From NCBI GenBank assembly GCA_963790305.1, contig CAWBOC010000002.1, positions 184,915 to 248,914 on the forward strand: DNA of 64,000 bases. Direction: 5' to 3'. The DNA is from an uncultured Gemmatimonadaceae bacterium. Its GTDB lineage: Bacteria > Gemmatimonadota > Gemmatimonadetes > Gemmatimonadales > Gemmatimonadaceae. The position numbers were made by a program, and so were the translations under genes. Position 1 is the first letter of the stretch, and each line of letters starts with the position of its first letter. The notes beneath the pieces are model-generated. The model was not told the DNA's origin. It saw only the letters and a list, made by a program, of their open reading frames with translations, and ran no database searches. This document shows positions 28,385 through 38,826 of the stretch, in pieces.

Positions 28385-29791
28385 TCATTTCGGGCGCTTC
28401 GTGCTCCTGGCGTCGGCGTTTCGCTCTTCGGTCACTTCGAGAATCCCCATCATGCCGTGATCCTCGTGGTCCAGGATGTGGCAGTGGAACATCCACTTGC
28501 CCGGGAAGTTCGCGTAGCGGACGATGAAGCGCGCCGAGCCGTGCTTGGGCACGTTCACCACATCCTTCCACGCACGGAACGGCTCGGGCGCGCCATTGCG
28601 ATCGAGGACCTGGAACTGGAATCCGTGCAGGTGAAACGGATGGTCCATGCCGACGAGATTCTCGATCTCCCAGATCTCGGTGGCGCCCAGCTTTGCGGCC
28701 ACGTCCACGCGACTGTGGTCCATCATCTGACCGTTGATCATCCCCTGCGTGAGCACCATGAGACGCGTAGCGCTCGACTGCGTGGTGTCCAGCGCCGGAA
28801 CGGGACGTAGCACGTCCGGCAGCGGTGCGACGGTGATCGGTCGCCGTTTCGTGTACTGCACGGTGAGCAGCTCGCGCGTGCGATTCCACGTGTGCGGGCG
28901 CGTCTGCGGGATGTAGCGATCGTAGGGGAGCGCCTGGAGCGCAGTCCGCTCGCCCGGCGCTCCCATTCCCCTCACGAGGAGCTCCACCCGCTCGGCGTTC
29001 GCGACCACGATCTCATCGACTTCCACCGCCCGCTCGAAGAGCCCGCCATCGCTGCCAACGTGCAGCAGCTTGTGGCCGGGAAGTGAAAGCCTGTACACGC
29101 GTGCGGCCGACGCGTTGATCACCCGCCACCGCTGCACCTCTCCCGCGCGAATGCTGATCGTCGGCATCACCTTGCCGTTCACGAAGACAATGTCGCCCTC
29201 GCGCCCATTTTCGCGGTCGACGATTCCCGCTGGCGAGAGCGACGCGGGCAGATCGATCGAGTTGTCGGCCCCGAACCGGTTGTCGGAGATGACGATCAGC
29301 TTTTCGGGAATCCCCCGCAGCGGATCATCGGATGCCCGGACGATGACGGCACCGTAGAGTCCCTTCGCTATCTGATAGCCGGTCCGATGGTGCGGGTGTG
29401 GATGATACCAGTACGTCCCTGCGGTTCCGGGCCGGATGGTGAAGACGTAGTCGTACGTCTCCCCGGGCGCGACTGGGTGGAACGGGCTGCCATCGGACGT
29501 GAACGGGAGGTGCAGCCCGTGCCAATGAATGGTGGTCGGTTCCGGGAGGGCGTTTCGGAAGTGCACCGTCACCCGGTCACCTTCCCGAAACTCCAGCGTG
29601 GGCCCGGGAAATTGCCCGTTGTAGGCAAAGATTTCCGTCGGCGCGCCCGGCACGAGCGACAGCCGGGTGGGCGCGGCGGTGAGCGTCACCTCGACCCGCC
29701 TCTGCGCCAGAGCGGGCCACGGACACATCGACGTCAGACCAACGAGCACCAACCCGCGGCAGAGCGTCGTCGCTCGGCGGTTGAGCGCCAT
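28385..29791 (-). CDS. Multicopper oxidase (three-domain, laccase/CueO-like)
   Basis: HWHG, WYHPH, HPFHLHG, HCHILDHEDHGMM. Confidence 0.95.
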   Translation of the reverse strand: MALNRRATTLCRGLVLVGLTSMCPWPALAQRRVEVTLTAAPTRLSLVPGAPTEIFAYNGQFPGPTLEFREGDRVTVHFRNALPEPTTIHWHGLHLPFTSDGSPFHPVAPGETYDYVFTIRPGTAGTYWYHPHPHHRTGYQIAKGLYGAVIVRASDDPLRGIPEKLIVISDNRFGADNSIDLPASLSPAGIVDRENGREGDIVFVNGKVMPTISIRAGEVQRWRVINASAARVYRLSLPGHKLLHVGSDGGLFERAVEVDEIVVANAERVELLVRGMGAPGERTALQALPYDRYIPQTRPHTWNRTRELLTVQYTKRRPITVAPLPDVLRPVPALDTTQSSATRLMVLTQGMINGQMMDHSRVDVAAKLGATEIWEIENLVGMDHPFHLHGFQFQVLDRNGAPEPFRAWKDVVNVPKHGSARFIVRYANFPGKWMFHCHILDHEDHGMMGILEVTEERNADARSTKRPK

Positions 29792-30120
29792 GGTGGGAAT
29801 CTCGGCGGGGAGCCGTCGGGCGAGCGGAATGCCCGTGCGACTCGTCAGGCAGCTTCAGCGAACGGAGGGCGCACCGTTGCGCCCGGCGCAAGAAAATGCG
29901 TGATCCGGTGGATTTCGGAAAGGCCCAACCTACCCGGAAGCGGCGCTCGCCCGCTCCCCGCGGGTCCCGGCCGACGGAGAGTTGCGGCCCACGCGCCAGC
30001 CCGTAGCTTAGCAGCACCGGCGCGCTCATCCGCGCAGGTCTCCCGGAAGGCCTCCCGACGGTGCGATTCCCCGTCAGTGGAGGCGTACAGCAGCTCGCCC
30101 GTTCTCGCCACGAGGTGCTC

Positions 30121-33100
30121 ATGAGTACGCGCAGTCTGATTCGCGCGGTCGGGTTGACCGCATCGTTGGGGATGTTCGCCAGCGGCATCGCTGGCGCCCA
30201 GGAACAGCAGGGGACCATCACCGGCCGCGTCACTGACGCGTCGACGAGCGAGCCTATCGCGGCCGCGCAGATCAGCGTGGTCGGAACGGCGATTGGTGCC
30301 GGAACCAACAGCGAGGGGCGCTACACCATCCGCGGTGTTCGCCCCGGCATCGTCGAGTTGCGTGTGCTGCGGGTGGGCTACGCCGAGCGGAAACAGTCAG
30401 TGACCGTTGCCGCGGGACAACCGACCACCGCGGACTTCGTGATGACCGTTGCCCCGATCTCGCTGGCTCCGGTCGTCACGACGGCCACCGGCGAGCAGCG
30501 GCGCGTCGAGCTCGGTAACTCGATTGGAAACGTCGACGCGGCGAAGCTCACGGAGGAGAAGCCCATCACGAACATCGGCGATCTCCTCGCCTCACGCGTC
30601 TCCGGAGTCACCGTGACTCCCGGCGTACAGACGGGCGCGGGCATCCGCATCCGGATCCGCGGGACGAGCTCGCTCTCGCTCACCAACAATCCGATCTACG
30701 TCATCGACGGAATCCGCGTCGAAGGCACCACCGGCGCCTCGTCGGTGAGCGTGGGCGGGACGACGGTGAGTCGCGTCGGCGACATCAACCCGGAAGAGAT
30801 CGAATCGATCGAGATCGTCAAAGGTCCCTCGGCGGCAACGCTCTACGGCACCGACGCCGCGAACGGCGTCGTGGTGATTCGCACCAAGCGTGGGGTCGCG
30901 GGTCGCCCGCAGTGGACGTACTACACCGAGCAGACGGCCATTACCGATCGCAACGATTACCCCACGGCCTATCGCGCGTGGCGTACCGGTACGACTGGCA
31001 CGACGAACTCGACGCCCGCGAACACGGTTCAGTGCTTCCTGAGCCAGGTGCTGACGGCGGCGTGCACGCAGGACAGCGTCACCAGCTTCAACCTGCACGA
31101 GGACGACGAGACGACGCCGTACGGAGTCGGCTATCGCCAGCAACACGGCTTGCAGCTGGCCGGCGGCTCCGAGGCCGTCCGTTACTTCGTGCACGGCGAG
31201 TGGGAGGATGAGGATGGTGTGACCAAGCTGCCGAAGTTCGAGGAGCGGTATCTGGCCGCGCGCGGACTGTCGCTCCGGGACGAGCAACAGGATCCCAACC
31301 ATTTGCGGCGCATCACGGGTCGCGCCAACATCAGCTTCGCCCCCCGCGACAACCTCGACCTTGCCGTGCACGCCGGATACACGTCGCTCGACATCCGGTT
31401 GCCGATGAGCGATGACTCGGGCACCCCCGGCATTGCGGCGAACACGTACGGAGGACCGGGCTTCAAGTACAACGTGAACGCCGCGGGGGACACCCTCTAT
31501 GGCTGGCGCGAGTTTACCCCGCGCGACGTCTACGAGGCCGTGACCGAGCAGAACATCGAGCGCCTCATCAGCTCCGTCTCGGCGAACTGGCGCCCGCGCG
31601 AGTGGTTGGCCGTGCGCAGCAATTTCGGCGTCGACTACATCAATCGCGTTGATCTGCAACTGTGTCGCTTCAGCGAGTGCACGAACACCACCGACCGCGC
31701 GGGCTTCAAGGAAGACAATCGGACCAACTACTTCCTGTACACGCTGGACGCGGGCGCAACGGCCACTCGCCAGCTGACCACCGCCCTCGAATCCCAGACG
31801 ACGGCCGGCCTTCAGGTCACCCGAAACGCGTTCAATCGCAATGGCGCGCGCGGCGAACAGCTGCCACCTGGCGCCACGACGGTGGGCACGGGAAGCGTCA
31901 TCCGCGCCGATGAAGCCACCACCGAGAGCCGGACGGTCGGAGCCTTTATCGAGCAGCGCATGGCATTCCGCGACCGCCTGTTCGTGACCGGCGCGATCCG
32001 CTCGGATCGCAACAGCGCCTTCGGTGCCGACTTCAAGACGGTGTTCTACCCCAAGTTCTCGGTGTCGTGGATCCTGTCGGACGAGCCGTTTTTCCCGGCG
32101 ATCGGGTGGCTCGACCAGTTCCGGTTCCGCACCGCGTACGGGGCGTCGGGCGTGCAGCCCGGGACCACCGACGCGGTGCAGTTCTACACCAGCACCCGCA
32201 CGATCGGCGAGAGCGGCGAAGTCACGGGTGTCGCCTACAGCACGTTAGGCAACCGCGACCTCAAACCGGAACGATCCAATGAGTGGGAGGGCGGGTTCGA
32301 CGCCAGCTTCTTCAACAGCCGGTTGAACACGGAGATCACCTACTACCGAAAGATTTCCAAGGATGCGCTCGTCAGCCGTACGCTTCCGCCGTCCATCGGG
32401 ACGGGCGCCACGACACGCTTCGAAAACCTGGGAGAAGTACGCAACTCCGGGTGGGAGGCGATGATCGACGCCCAGATTCTCGATCTCGATCAGTTCGGGT
32501 GGAACCTGACGGTCACGGGGTCGACGAACAGCAACAAGCTCGTCAGCCTCGGCGGCGTGCCACCGGTCATTACCAGCAGCACCCTCCGGCAGGTCGAGGG
32601 GTATCCGCTCAATGGATGGTGGTCGCGGCGCCTGGTCAGCTATAACGACGCCAACCGCGATGGCATCATTGCGGCCAGCGAGATCCAGGTGAGTGCCGAC
32701 GTCCAATTCCACGGCTACTCATCCCCCCGTCGCGAAGCCGCCTTCACCAATTCACTCAGCTTCCTGAACCGTCGGCTGCGGCTCTCCGCGATGATGGATT
32801 ACAAGGGTGGGCACCTGGTCTACAACAACAGCGAGCGCATCCGCTGCGCCAGCCGGTTCAACTGCGCGGGCCTCGTCTCTCGCAATGCCTCGCTGTTCGA
32901 GCAGGCGCGGACGGTGATGGTGCGAGAGGACCCGAGCCGGTCGGTCGCGGGATTCTTCGAGAAGGGCGACTTCCTCCGCTTCCGCGAGCTCGCGCTCACG
33001 TTCACTCCCTCAGAGCAATTGGCCTCCCGCCTGTTCCGCGGCAGGAGCATCAGCGCCACGGTCGCGGCCCGCAACCTGGGAATGCTCTGGACCGAGTACA

Positions 33101-33207
33101 CGGGCGTCGATCCGGAAGCGTTCGGAACCACCGGCGATGCCCCGTCCTCGTTCCAGGCATTCGGCCCGCCCACGTACCTGTCGTTCCGCCTCAACCTCGG
33201 CTTCTAG
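30121..33207 (+). CDS. SusC/RagA-family TonB-linked outer membrane protein
   Basis: Carboxypeptidase-regulatory-like N-domain; plug IRIRG..NPIYVIDG..DINPEEIESIEIVKGPSAATLYGTDAANGVVVIRTKRG; LKPERS; terminal Phe. Confidence 0.95.
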   Translation: MSTRSLIRAVGLTASLGMFASGIAGAQEQQGTITGRVTDASTSEPIAAAQISVVGTAIGAGTNSEGRYTIRGVRPGIVELRVLRVGYAERKQSVTVAAGQPTTADFVMTVAPISLAPVVTTATGEQRRVELGNSIGNVDAAKLTEEKPITNIGDLLASRVSGVTVTPGVQTGAGIRIRIRGTSSLSLTNNPIYVIDGIRVEGTTGASSVSVGGTTVSRVGDINPEEIESIEIVKGPSAATLYGTDAANGVVVIRTKRGVAGRPQWTYYTEQTAITDRNDYPTAYRAWRTGTTGTTNSTPANTVQCFLSQVLTAACTQDSVTSFNLHEDDETTPYGVGYRQQHGLQLAGGSEAVRYFVHGEWEDEDGVTKLPKFEERYLAARGLSLRDEQQDPNHLRRITGRANISFAPRDNLDLAVHAGYTSLDIRLPMSDDSGTPGIAANTYGGPGFKYNVNAAGDTLYGWREFTPRDVYEAVTEQNIERLISSVSANWRPREWLAVRSNFGVDYINRVDLQLCRFSECTNTTDRAGFKEDNRTNYFLYTLDAGATATRQLTTALESQTTAGLQVTRNAFNRNGARGEQLPPGATTVGTGSVIRADEATTESRTVGAFIEQRMAFRDRLFVTGAIRSDRNSAFGADFKTVFYPKFSVSWILSDEPFFPAIGWLDQFRFRTAYGASGVQPGTTDAVQFYTSTRTIGESGEVTGVAYSTLGNRDLKPERSNEWEGGFDASFFNSRLNTEITYYRKISKDALVSRTLPPSIGTGATTRFENLGEVRNSGWEAMIDAQILDLDQFGWNLTVTGSTNSNKLVSLGGVPPVITSSTLRQVEGYPLNGWWSRRLVSYNDANRDGIIAASEIQVSADVQFHGYSSPRREAAFTNSLSFLNRRLRLSAMMDYKGGHLVYNNSERIRCASRFNCAGLVSRNASLFEQARTVMVREDPSRSVAGFFEKGDFLRFRELALTFTPSEQLASRLFRGRSISATVAARNLGMLWTEYTGVDPEAFGTTGDAPSSFQAFGPPTYLSFRLNLGF

Positions 33208-33219
33208 GACACCGATCCG

Positions 33220-34617
33220 ATGATTTCATACACGAGGACACGTTCGATTCTCACGCGACTGCGTCGCTCGGCGGCGGTGGCGTCATTCACGGTCGTCGCC
33301 GCGGGGGCCCTCCCACTGGCGAGCTGCTCGCCGGATGACTTTCTGACGATCACGGACCCGGACATCATCAATCCGGACGACGTGCAGTCGGCGGCGGGAG
33401 CCAACGCGGTACGACTCGGCGCAATATCTCGATTCAAGATGGCCACCAGTGGAGCACCGCCCACCGGAGCCGATACGTCGAGCCTGTTTCTGCTCGGTGG
33501 ATTGTTCGCTGATGAATGGATCAATGGCGACTCGTTCATTGCGCGTCAGGAGATCGACCAGCGTGTCATTACCCCGGAAAACACCTTTCTGACGGTCGCC
33601 AACCGCATCCTCCACCGTGCACGGTTCAACGCCGAGCTCGCGGTCGAGCTGCTCGCGGAATGGGTTCCCAACGCTCCCGCATGGCAGGTTGGCGAGATGC
33701 ATCTCATTCAGGCGTACGTGGCGAACATCCTGGCCGAGCATTATTGCGACGGTCTGGTGTTCAGCGATGTCGTCGACGGTCGGGAGGTGTACGGATCCCC
33801 AATCACGGTGGTGGAAACGTTCGAGCGCGCCCTCGAGCACGCGAACGACGGGCTCGCGTTGACCTTTGGAACGGACACGACATCGCTGCGCGTGCAGCGG
33901 TCGCTGCAAGTGATCAAGGGGCGCATCCTGCTGAACCTGAATCGTCCGGCCGAGGCGGCGACCGCGGTGGCGGGTGTCCCTGCGAACTTCGCGCACAACA
34001 ACGTCCACAGCGCGACGACGAGCATCAATGGTGTCTGGCAATACAACAACCTGGCGCGCCGTTACAGTGTCGGGAGTGCCGAGGGTGGCAACGGCATCAA
34101 CTTCGCCACCGCCGGGGATCCACGACTTCCGGTGTGCGTCGGTGGTACGACCGGGTGCATCACGCAGGCGATAAAGGACGACCTGTCGTCGCCCATACAC
34201 GTCCAGAGAAAATGGCCGAACATCGACAGTCCCGTGGCCATTATCACTGGCGTTGAGGCACGGATGATTCGCGCCGAGGCGTCGCTCCGCGCTGGGAACT
34301 TCGCGGCGGCGTTGGACACGCTCAACGCCGCGCGGACGACGGTCACGGGCCTCGCAGCGCTGACTGACCCCGGCACTGATTCGGCCCGGGTGAGCTTGCT
34401 CTTCCGCGAGCGTGCCTTCTGGATGTTCGGAACCGGAACCCGTGTCGGTGATCTTCGCCGACTCATCCGCCAATACGGCCGCGCGCAGAACACCGTCTTT
34501 CCGACCGGCATCTGGCACAAGGGCGGAAATTACGGCAGCGATGTCAACATGCCCGTTCCGCAGGCCGAGCTGAACAACCCGAACGTGGAGCAGTTCTGCA
34601 TGAACCGGAATGCGTAG
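33220..34617 (+). CDS. SusD/RagB-like lipoprotein
   Basis: Follows SusC; lipobox LASC; MIRAEA, ERAFWMFG..RVGDLRR, PVPQAELNNPN. Confidence 0.88.
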   Translation: MISYTRTRSILTRLRRSAAVASFTVVAAGALPLASCSPDDFLTITDPDIINPDDVQSAAGANAVRLGAISRFKMATSGAPPTGADTSSLFLLGGLFADEWINGDSFIARQEIDQRVITPENTFLTVANRILHRARFNAELAVELLAEWVPNAPAWQVGEMHLIQAYVANILAEHYCDGLVFSDVVDGREVYGSPITVVETFERALEHANDGLALTFGTDTTSLRVQRSLQVIKGRILLNLNRPAEAATAVAGVPANFAHNNVHSATTSINGVWQYNNLARRYSVGSAEGGNGINFATAGDPRLPVCVGGTTGCITQAIKDDLSSPIHVQRKWPNIDSPVAIITGVEARMIRAEASLRAGNFAAALDTLNAARTTVTGLAALTDPGTDSARVSLLFRERAFWMFGTGTRVGDLRRLIRQYGRAQNTVFPTGIWHKGGNYGSDVNMPVPQAELNNPNVEQFCMNRNA

Positions 34618-36754
34618 CTGGCTGTTGGCGGCCACGCTCGTGGCCGCCGCGGTCCCCGCCGCGCCAGCTCAGGTACCTGACGATGTCCCTGAGCTGGCGC
34701 GACGCGTAGAGGTTCGGCGCACGACATTCGGCGTTCCCCACATCAAGGCCGAGGATCTTCGCGCCGCCGCCTATGCGCTTGCGTACGTCCAGCTCGAGGA
34801 CCACGGCGCACGGGTCGCGATCGGGCTTCTCCGGGCGCGCGGCGAGATGGGTCGTTGGTTCGGGCGCGACAGCATCGAGAGCGACTACACGGCCAAGCGA
34901 GACTACGCGCTGGCGGTCGAGCGGTACGCGCAAATCGATCAACCGACGCGCGACGTGTACGAGGGATTTGCGGCGGGTGTCAACAGATACGTCGCGCTGC
35001 ATCCCGATGAGTTTCCATCCGGGTTCGCGCCCAACTTCACCGGCTACGACGTCGCTGCGCGTGACGTGAGCTCGGCGTCGCCGGCGCAGGCGCGGCGGTT
35101 TCTCGCCCGATTCGAGCCGCCCCGGCAACGCGGACCAGGCGACGTCGCGCCGCCGTCCGATGAAGGCGTCGATGCCATCGAGGAGGGATCGAACGCATGG
35201 GCGTTCGCGCCCAGCCGCACGAAATCGGGGCGCGCGATTCTTCTTCGCAACCCGCACCTCTCGTGGACCGCGGGATACTACGAGGCGCACGTCACCGTGC
35301 CGGGCGTGCTCGATTTCTACGGTGATTTCCGGATCGGCGGGCCCTTTGGTGTCATCGGTGGCTTCAATCGCCACCTCGGTTGGGCGACGACGAACAACGC
35401 GCCGGACCTCGATGAGATCTACGCGCTCGAGGTCGATCCGACGCTCCCGGACCATTTCGTGTTCAATGGGACGTCGCTTCCCGTGCAGCGGGAGCTCGTC
35501 ACCGTCGCGTTCCGGAATGGCCCCGGCGTGTCCACCGAGACTCGTGAGGTGTGGCGAACGCCGCTCGGGCCGGTCATTCACCGCGACAGCGGCAAAGTGT
35601 TCGTGCTTCGTGCCGCCGCCGAAGGCGAACACCGCGCGGGCGAGCAGTTCCTGCGGATGATGCGAGCGCAATCGCTCGCCGAGTGGAAGGACGCGATGCG
35701 CGTTCGGGCGCGCGTGAACTCCAATTTCACCTACGCCGATCGCGCCGGAAACATCTTCTACGTGTGGAACGCGTCGATTCCGGCGCTGCCGCACCCCAGC
35801 GGGGGCGACACGACCGCGGTGCCGGCGCGCGGGATGGACGAGGTGTGGACTCGTTATGTGCCGTTCGACTCGCTGCCGCAGCTGCTCAATCCGCGAGGTG
35901 GCTACGTCCGGAACGAGAACGACCCGCCCTATCACACCAATCTCCGACAGGTGCTCGACCGCTCCCGGTATCCGGCGAACTTTCCGGAGCCACTGCTGCG
36001 TCTGCGCAGCCAGCTCAGCCTCGCCCTCGTCGACCCGCCGCGGAAGCTGAGCCTCGAAGACGTCGTCGCGCTCAAGCATTCGTACCGGATGCTGCTTGCC
36101 GATCGCGTGAAGAACGACCTCGTCGCGGCGGTCCGCGCTTCGTCGCCCACACCGCCGGTGAGCGAGGCGATTGCGCTCCTTGCCCAGTGGGACAACACCG
36201 CGGGCCACACGAGCCGCGGCGGCGTGCTCTTCGAGGTCTGGTGGCGCAAGTACGTCGAAGGAGCCGACCCCGACACGATGTACGCACAGCCGTGGTCCGT
36301 CGACGCGCCGGCCACCACGCCGCGGGGACTCAAGCATCCCGCGCGCGCCATTGAGGCGTTCACGTGGGCGGTCGAGGAAACGACGCGTCGTCACGCGCGG
36401 TACGACGTCGCCTGGGGCGATGTTCACCGCGTCCGCATCGGGACCGTCGACGTGCCCGTCGGCGGCTGCGGCGGAGCGCTCGGCTGCTTCCGCGTGCTCA
36501 ACTTCAGAACCGATCCTGACGGAAAACGCTCGGTCGTGGGCGGCGACGGCTGGGTCATCGCCGTCGAGTTCACCGATACGCCGCGCGCGTACTCGGTGCT
36601 GGCGTACGGCGAGAGCGCACGCGAGGACTCGCCGCACCACGCCGATCAGGCCGAGATGTTCGCCCGCGGCGAGATGAAGCGCGTCGCGTTTACCGAGCGT
36701 GACATCGAGGCGCAGACGATACGCCGCTACCGGCCGGGCGCGATCGCTCCCTGA
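34610..36754 (+). CDS. Penicillin acylase-family Ntn hydrolase (PvdQ/aculeacin acylase-like)
   Basis: FGVPHIKA, autoprocessing GSNAWAFAPSRT..ILLRNPH, GWATTNN, NFTYAD, LAYGES...HHADQA. Confidence 0.93.
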   Translation: MRSWLLAATLVAAAVPAAPAQVPDDVPELARRVEVRRTTFGVPHIKAEDLRAAAYALAYVQLEDHGARVAIGLLRARGEMGRWFGRDSIESDYTAKRDYALAVERYAQIDQPTRDVYEGFAAGVNRYVALHPDEFPSGFAPNFTGYDVAARDVSSASPAQARRFLARFEPPRQRGPGDVAPPSDEGVDAIEEGSNAWAFAPSRTKSGRAILLRNPHLSWTAGYYEAHVTVPGVLDFYGDFRIGGPFGVIGGFNRHLGWATTNNAPDLDEIYALEVDPTLPDHFVFNGTSLPVQRELVTVAFRNGPGVSTETREVWRTPLGPVIHRDSGKVFVLRAAAEGEHRAGEQFLRMMRAQSLAEWKDAMRVRARVNSNFTYADRAGNIFYVWNASIPALPHPSGGDTTAVPARGMDEVWTRYVPFDSLPQLLNPRGGYVRNENDPPYHTNLRQVLDRSRYPANFPEPLLRLRSQLSLALVDPPRKLSLEDVVALKHSYRMLLADRVKNDLVAAVRASSPTPPVSEAIALLAQWDNTAGHTSRGGVLFEVWWRKYVEGADPDTMYAQPWSVDAPATTPRGLKHPARAIEAFTWAVEETTRRHARYDVAWGDVHRVRIGTVDVPVGGCGGALGCFRVLNFRTDPDGKRSVVGGDGWVIAVEFTDTPRAYSVLAYGESAREDSPHHADQAEMFARGEMKRVAFTERDIEAQTIRRYRPGAIAP

Positions 36755-36777
36755 ATGGGAGCCAGCGAAGCGCCCGC

Positions 36778-37293
36778 TCAGAACGCGATTCGCCCTCCGA
36801 TCGATAGCGACCCTTCGCTCATCGGCACGACGGAGAGGCGCATCGGCACCGCCGCGTCGCCCCAGCGCTCGAAGCTGCCGACCAGGAGTCCGATGACGCT
36901 ACCGCCCACCACGCCAGTGACGGCGCCAAGCACGGCGGCCCCCCGCTTGTCGACCCAGTAGCCATTGTCGTTGCCCGCCGCGTATCCGACCACGCCGCCG
37001 ATCGCCAGACCAAGGAGAGCGCCCCATCCCGCATTTGCGCCGCGACGGGTGCCACGGCTGACCTCGAGGCGCTGAACGAGCGAGCGCGAGATCGTGATGT
37101 CACCTCCGCCGCGCTGACGGCGGACCATCAATGCCGAGTCGCTCACCGCGATCAGTTGCCCGACTATCACCGGCGATGGGTCCGCGGGCGTGATCCTTAC
37201 TCGTGCACCCCGGGGAAGGTCCTGGGCTGTCTGCGCCGACGCCACTTCGACAACCGCCAGCAGCGCGAGCAGGACCATTGATATCGCTCTCAT
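36778..37293 (-). CDS. Hypothetical exported protein with glycine-zipper-like segments
   Basis: RBS GGAGGT; signal peptide; GALLGLAIGGVVG and GAVTGVVGGSVIG. Confidence 0.72.
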   Translation of the reverse strand: MRAISMVLLALLAVVEVASAQTAQDLPRGARVRITPADPSPVIVGQLIAVSDSALMVRRQRGGGDITISRSLVQRLEVSRGTRRGANAGWGALLGLAIGGVVGYAAGNDNGYWVDKRGAAVLGAVTGVVGGSVIGLLVGSFERWGDAAVPMRLSVVPMSEGSLSIGGRIAF

Positions 37294-37409
37294 GGTGACC
37301 TCCGCATGAGGACGCCGACAACCTAGAAGGCTGGCGACCCCGGCGGTCTACGTCATTGTACGTAGCAGTCATTGCGTCCCAGCGCCGGCCGTGTGCAGTA
37401 TTGCCCGCC

Positions 37410-37535
37410 ATGAGCAACGATCCACGCGTGCCGCGGTCGCGCAGCTGGGTGAGCCTGGTCCTTCGCGACATTCAGTTCTGGATCCCGGTCGCGGTGCTGA
37501 TCGGCGGACTGTTCGTCCTGCGCTGGATTCATTGA
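37410..37535 (+). CDS. 41-aa single-pass membrane protein (not in ORF track)
   Basis: MSNDPRVPRSRSWVSLVLRDIQFWIPVAVLIGGLFVLRWIH*; stop TGA overlaps the TTG start of the next gene. Confidence 0.65.
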   Translation: MSNDPRVPRSRSWVSLVLRDIQFWIPVAVLIGGLFVLRWIH

Positions 37536-38821
37536 CCCACCCCGCGGCGTCGACGGTCGACCCATCCCGCCTCCGCCGTTTGCAGGGGCTCGGGATGATC
37601 TGCGGTCTGACCGCCGGAGCGTGGTTAGGCGCCGCGGAGGCGCCAACCAAGCTCGTGACGACCGGCGTGTCTCCCTTCGTCGTCTCGCTCGCCATGGTGG
37701 TCGGCGTGTTCCTCGCCCGGTGGAGCGTGCCCGCCCTCATTCACGGCACCTCGTACATCGGCGCCGATCTTCGTCAGGCGCCGCACCTCATCGTGTGGGG
37801 CGTGCTCGCCGGGTGCCTGTGGGCGGTCGCGAATACGCTCACGATCTTCGCCGTGCGCGACGTCGGGCTCAGCATCGCGTTCCCGCTCTGGAACAGCAAC
37901 AGCCTGCTCGGGATCCTGTGGGGGGTCGTACTGTTCAAGGAGCTGCGGGGGGCAGACTGGCGGCGGTGGGCCGGCGTGCTCGGCGGCGCGCTGCTGATGT
38001 TCGCCGGTGCAACGGCGCTCGCCGTCGCGTCATCGAGCCAGGTCGCGGGGCGCGATGCGTTGCGAGGGATGATCGCCGCGCTCGCCGCCGGTGTGCTCTG
38101 GGGCACGATGTACATCCCCTATCGCAAGGCGTACCTGACGGGCATGAGCCCGCTCTCATTCATCACCTTCTTCACCCTGGGCGAGCTCGGGATGATGGGA
38201 ACGCTCGCCGTGGTGTACACCGGCGGCGTCACTCCACTCTGGCAGGAGCTCGCCGCGACTCGGCAAGTGCTGTTCTGGTTCCTCCTCGGCGGATTCGTCT
38301 GGGTCATTGGCGACCTGTTTCAGCAGTATGCCGTGAAGTACGCGGGAATCACGCGCGGCATTCCGCTGTCGAACACGAATCAGCTCTGGGGTTTGCTCTG
38401 GGGAGTGCTCGTCTTCGGGGAGCTGCTTGGCGGAACGCGCGCGCTGTACACGCAGGTGATCGGGGGGTCGCTGGTGATGGCGATAGGCGCGGGCGTAATC
38501 GCCCTCTCGTCGGTGCGCGAGGGCGAGCATCGGCGGTGGCAGGAGGCTGCCGCTCGCGAGAGCGATCGCTACGGTGTCGATCCAGCCTACACGCGCGCGC
38601 GAGCCGCCGGCGAAGAGGTCAGCACGGCGAGACACAAGCGAACGTGGGTGGATTGGCTGGTCGTCGCCCTCGCCACCGCCGTCCTCATCGCGTTTGCCGC
38701 GATCGCCGAGGCCCCGCGCATTGCGCTGCGATGGGAGTGGGCGGCCGCGCTCACCGGAGTGATGCTCGCGATCCTCGTCGGGTCCGGGCTCACCCTCTGG
38801 CGGACGACGCGATTCAGCTAG
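37532..38821 (+). CDS. GRP/DMT-family sugar transporter
   Basis: Two EamA-like halves: GLSIAFPLWNSNSLLGILWGVVLFKE and GITRGIPLSNTNQLWGLLWGVLVFGE; two extra C-terminal TMs. Confidence 0.85.
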   Translation: MTHPAASTVDPSRLRRLQGLGMICGLTAGAWLGAAEAPTKLVTTGVSPFVVSLAMVVGVFLARWSVPALIHGTSYIGADLRQAPHLIVWGVLAGCLWAVANTLTIFAVRDVGLSIAFPLWNSNSLLGILWGVVLFKELRGADWRRWAGVLGGALLMFAGATALAVASSSQVAGRDALRGMIAALAAGVLWGTMYIPYRKAYLTGMSPLSFITFFTLGELGMMGTLAVVYTGGVTPLWQELAATRQVLFWFLLGGFVWVIGDLFQQYAVKYAGITRGIPLSNTNQLWGLLWGVLVFGELLGGTRALYTQVIGGSLVMAIGAGVIALSSVREGEHRRWQEAAARESDRYGVDPAYTRARAAGEEVSTARHKRTWVDWLVVALATAVLIAFAAIAEAPRIALRWEWAAALTGVMLAILVGSGLTLWRTTRFS

Positions 38822-38826
38822 TAGCA

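Noticed and set aside
34544..36640. 698-aa antisense ORF, and similar long shadow ORFs (270-1418, 3518-4750, 33283-34635, 37621-38934, 48899-50323)
   Set aside because: They overlap well-supported genes, lack motifs, and are expected from high-GC codon bias.
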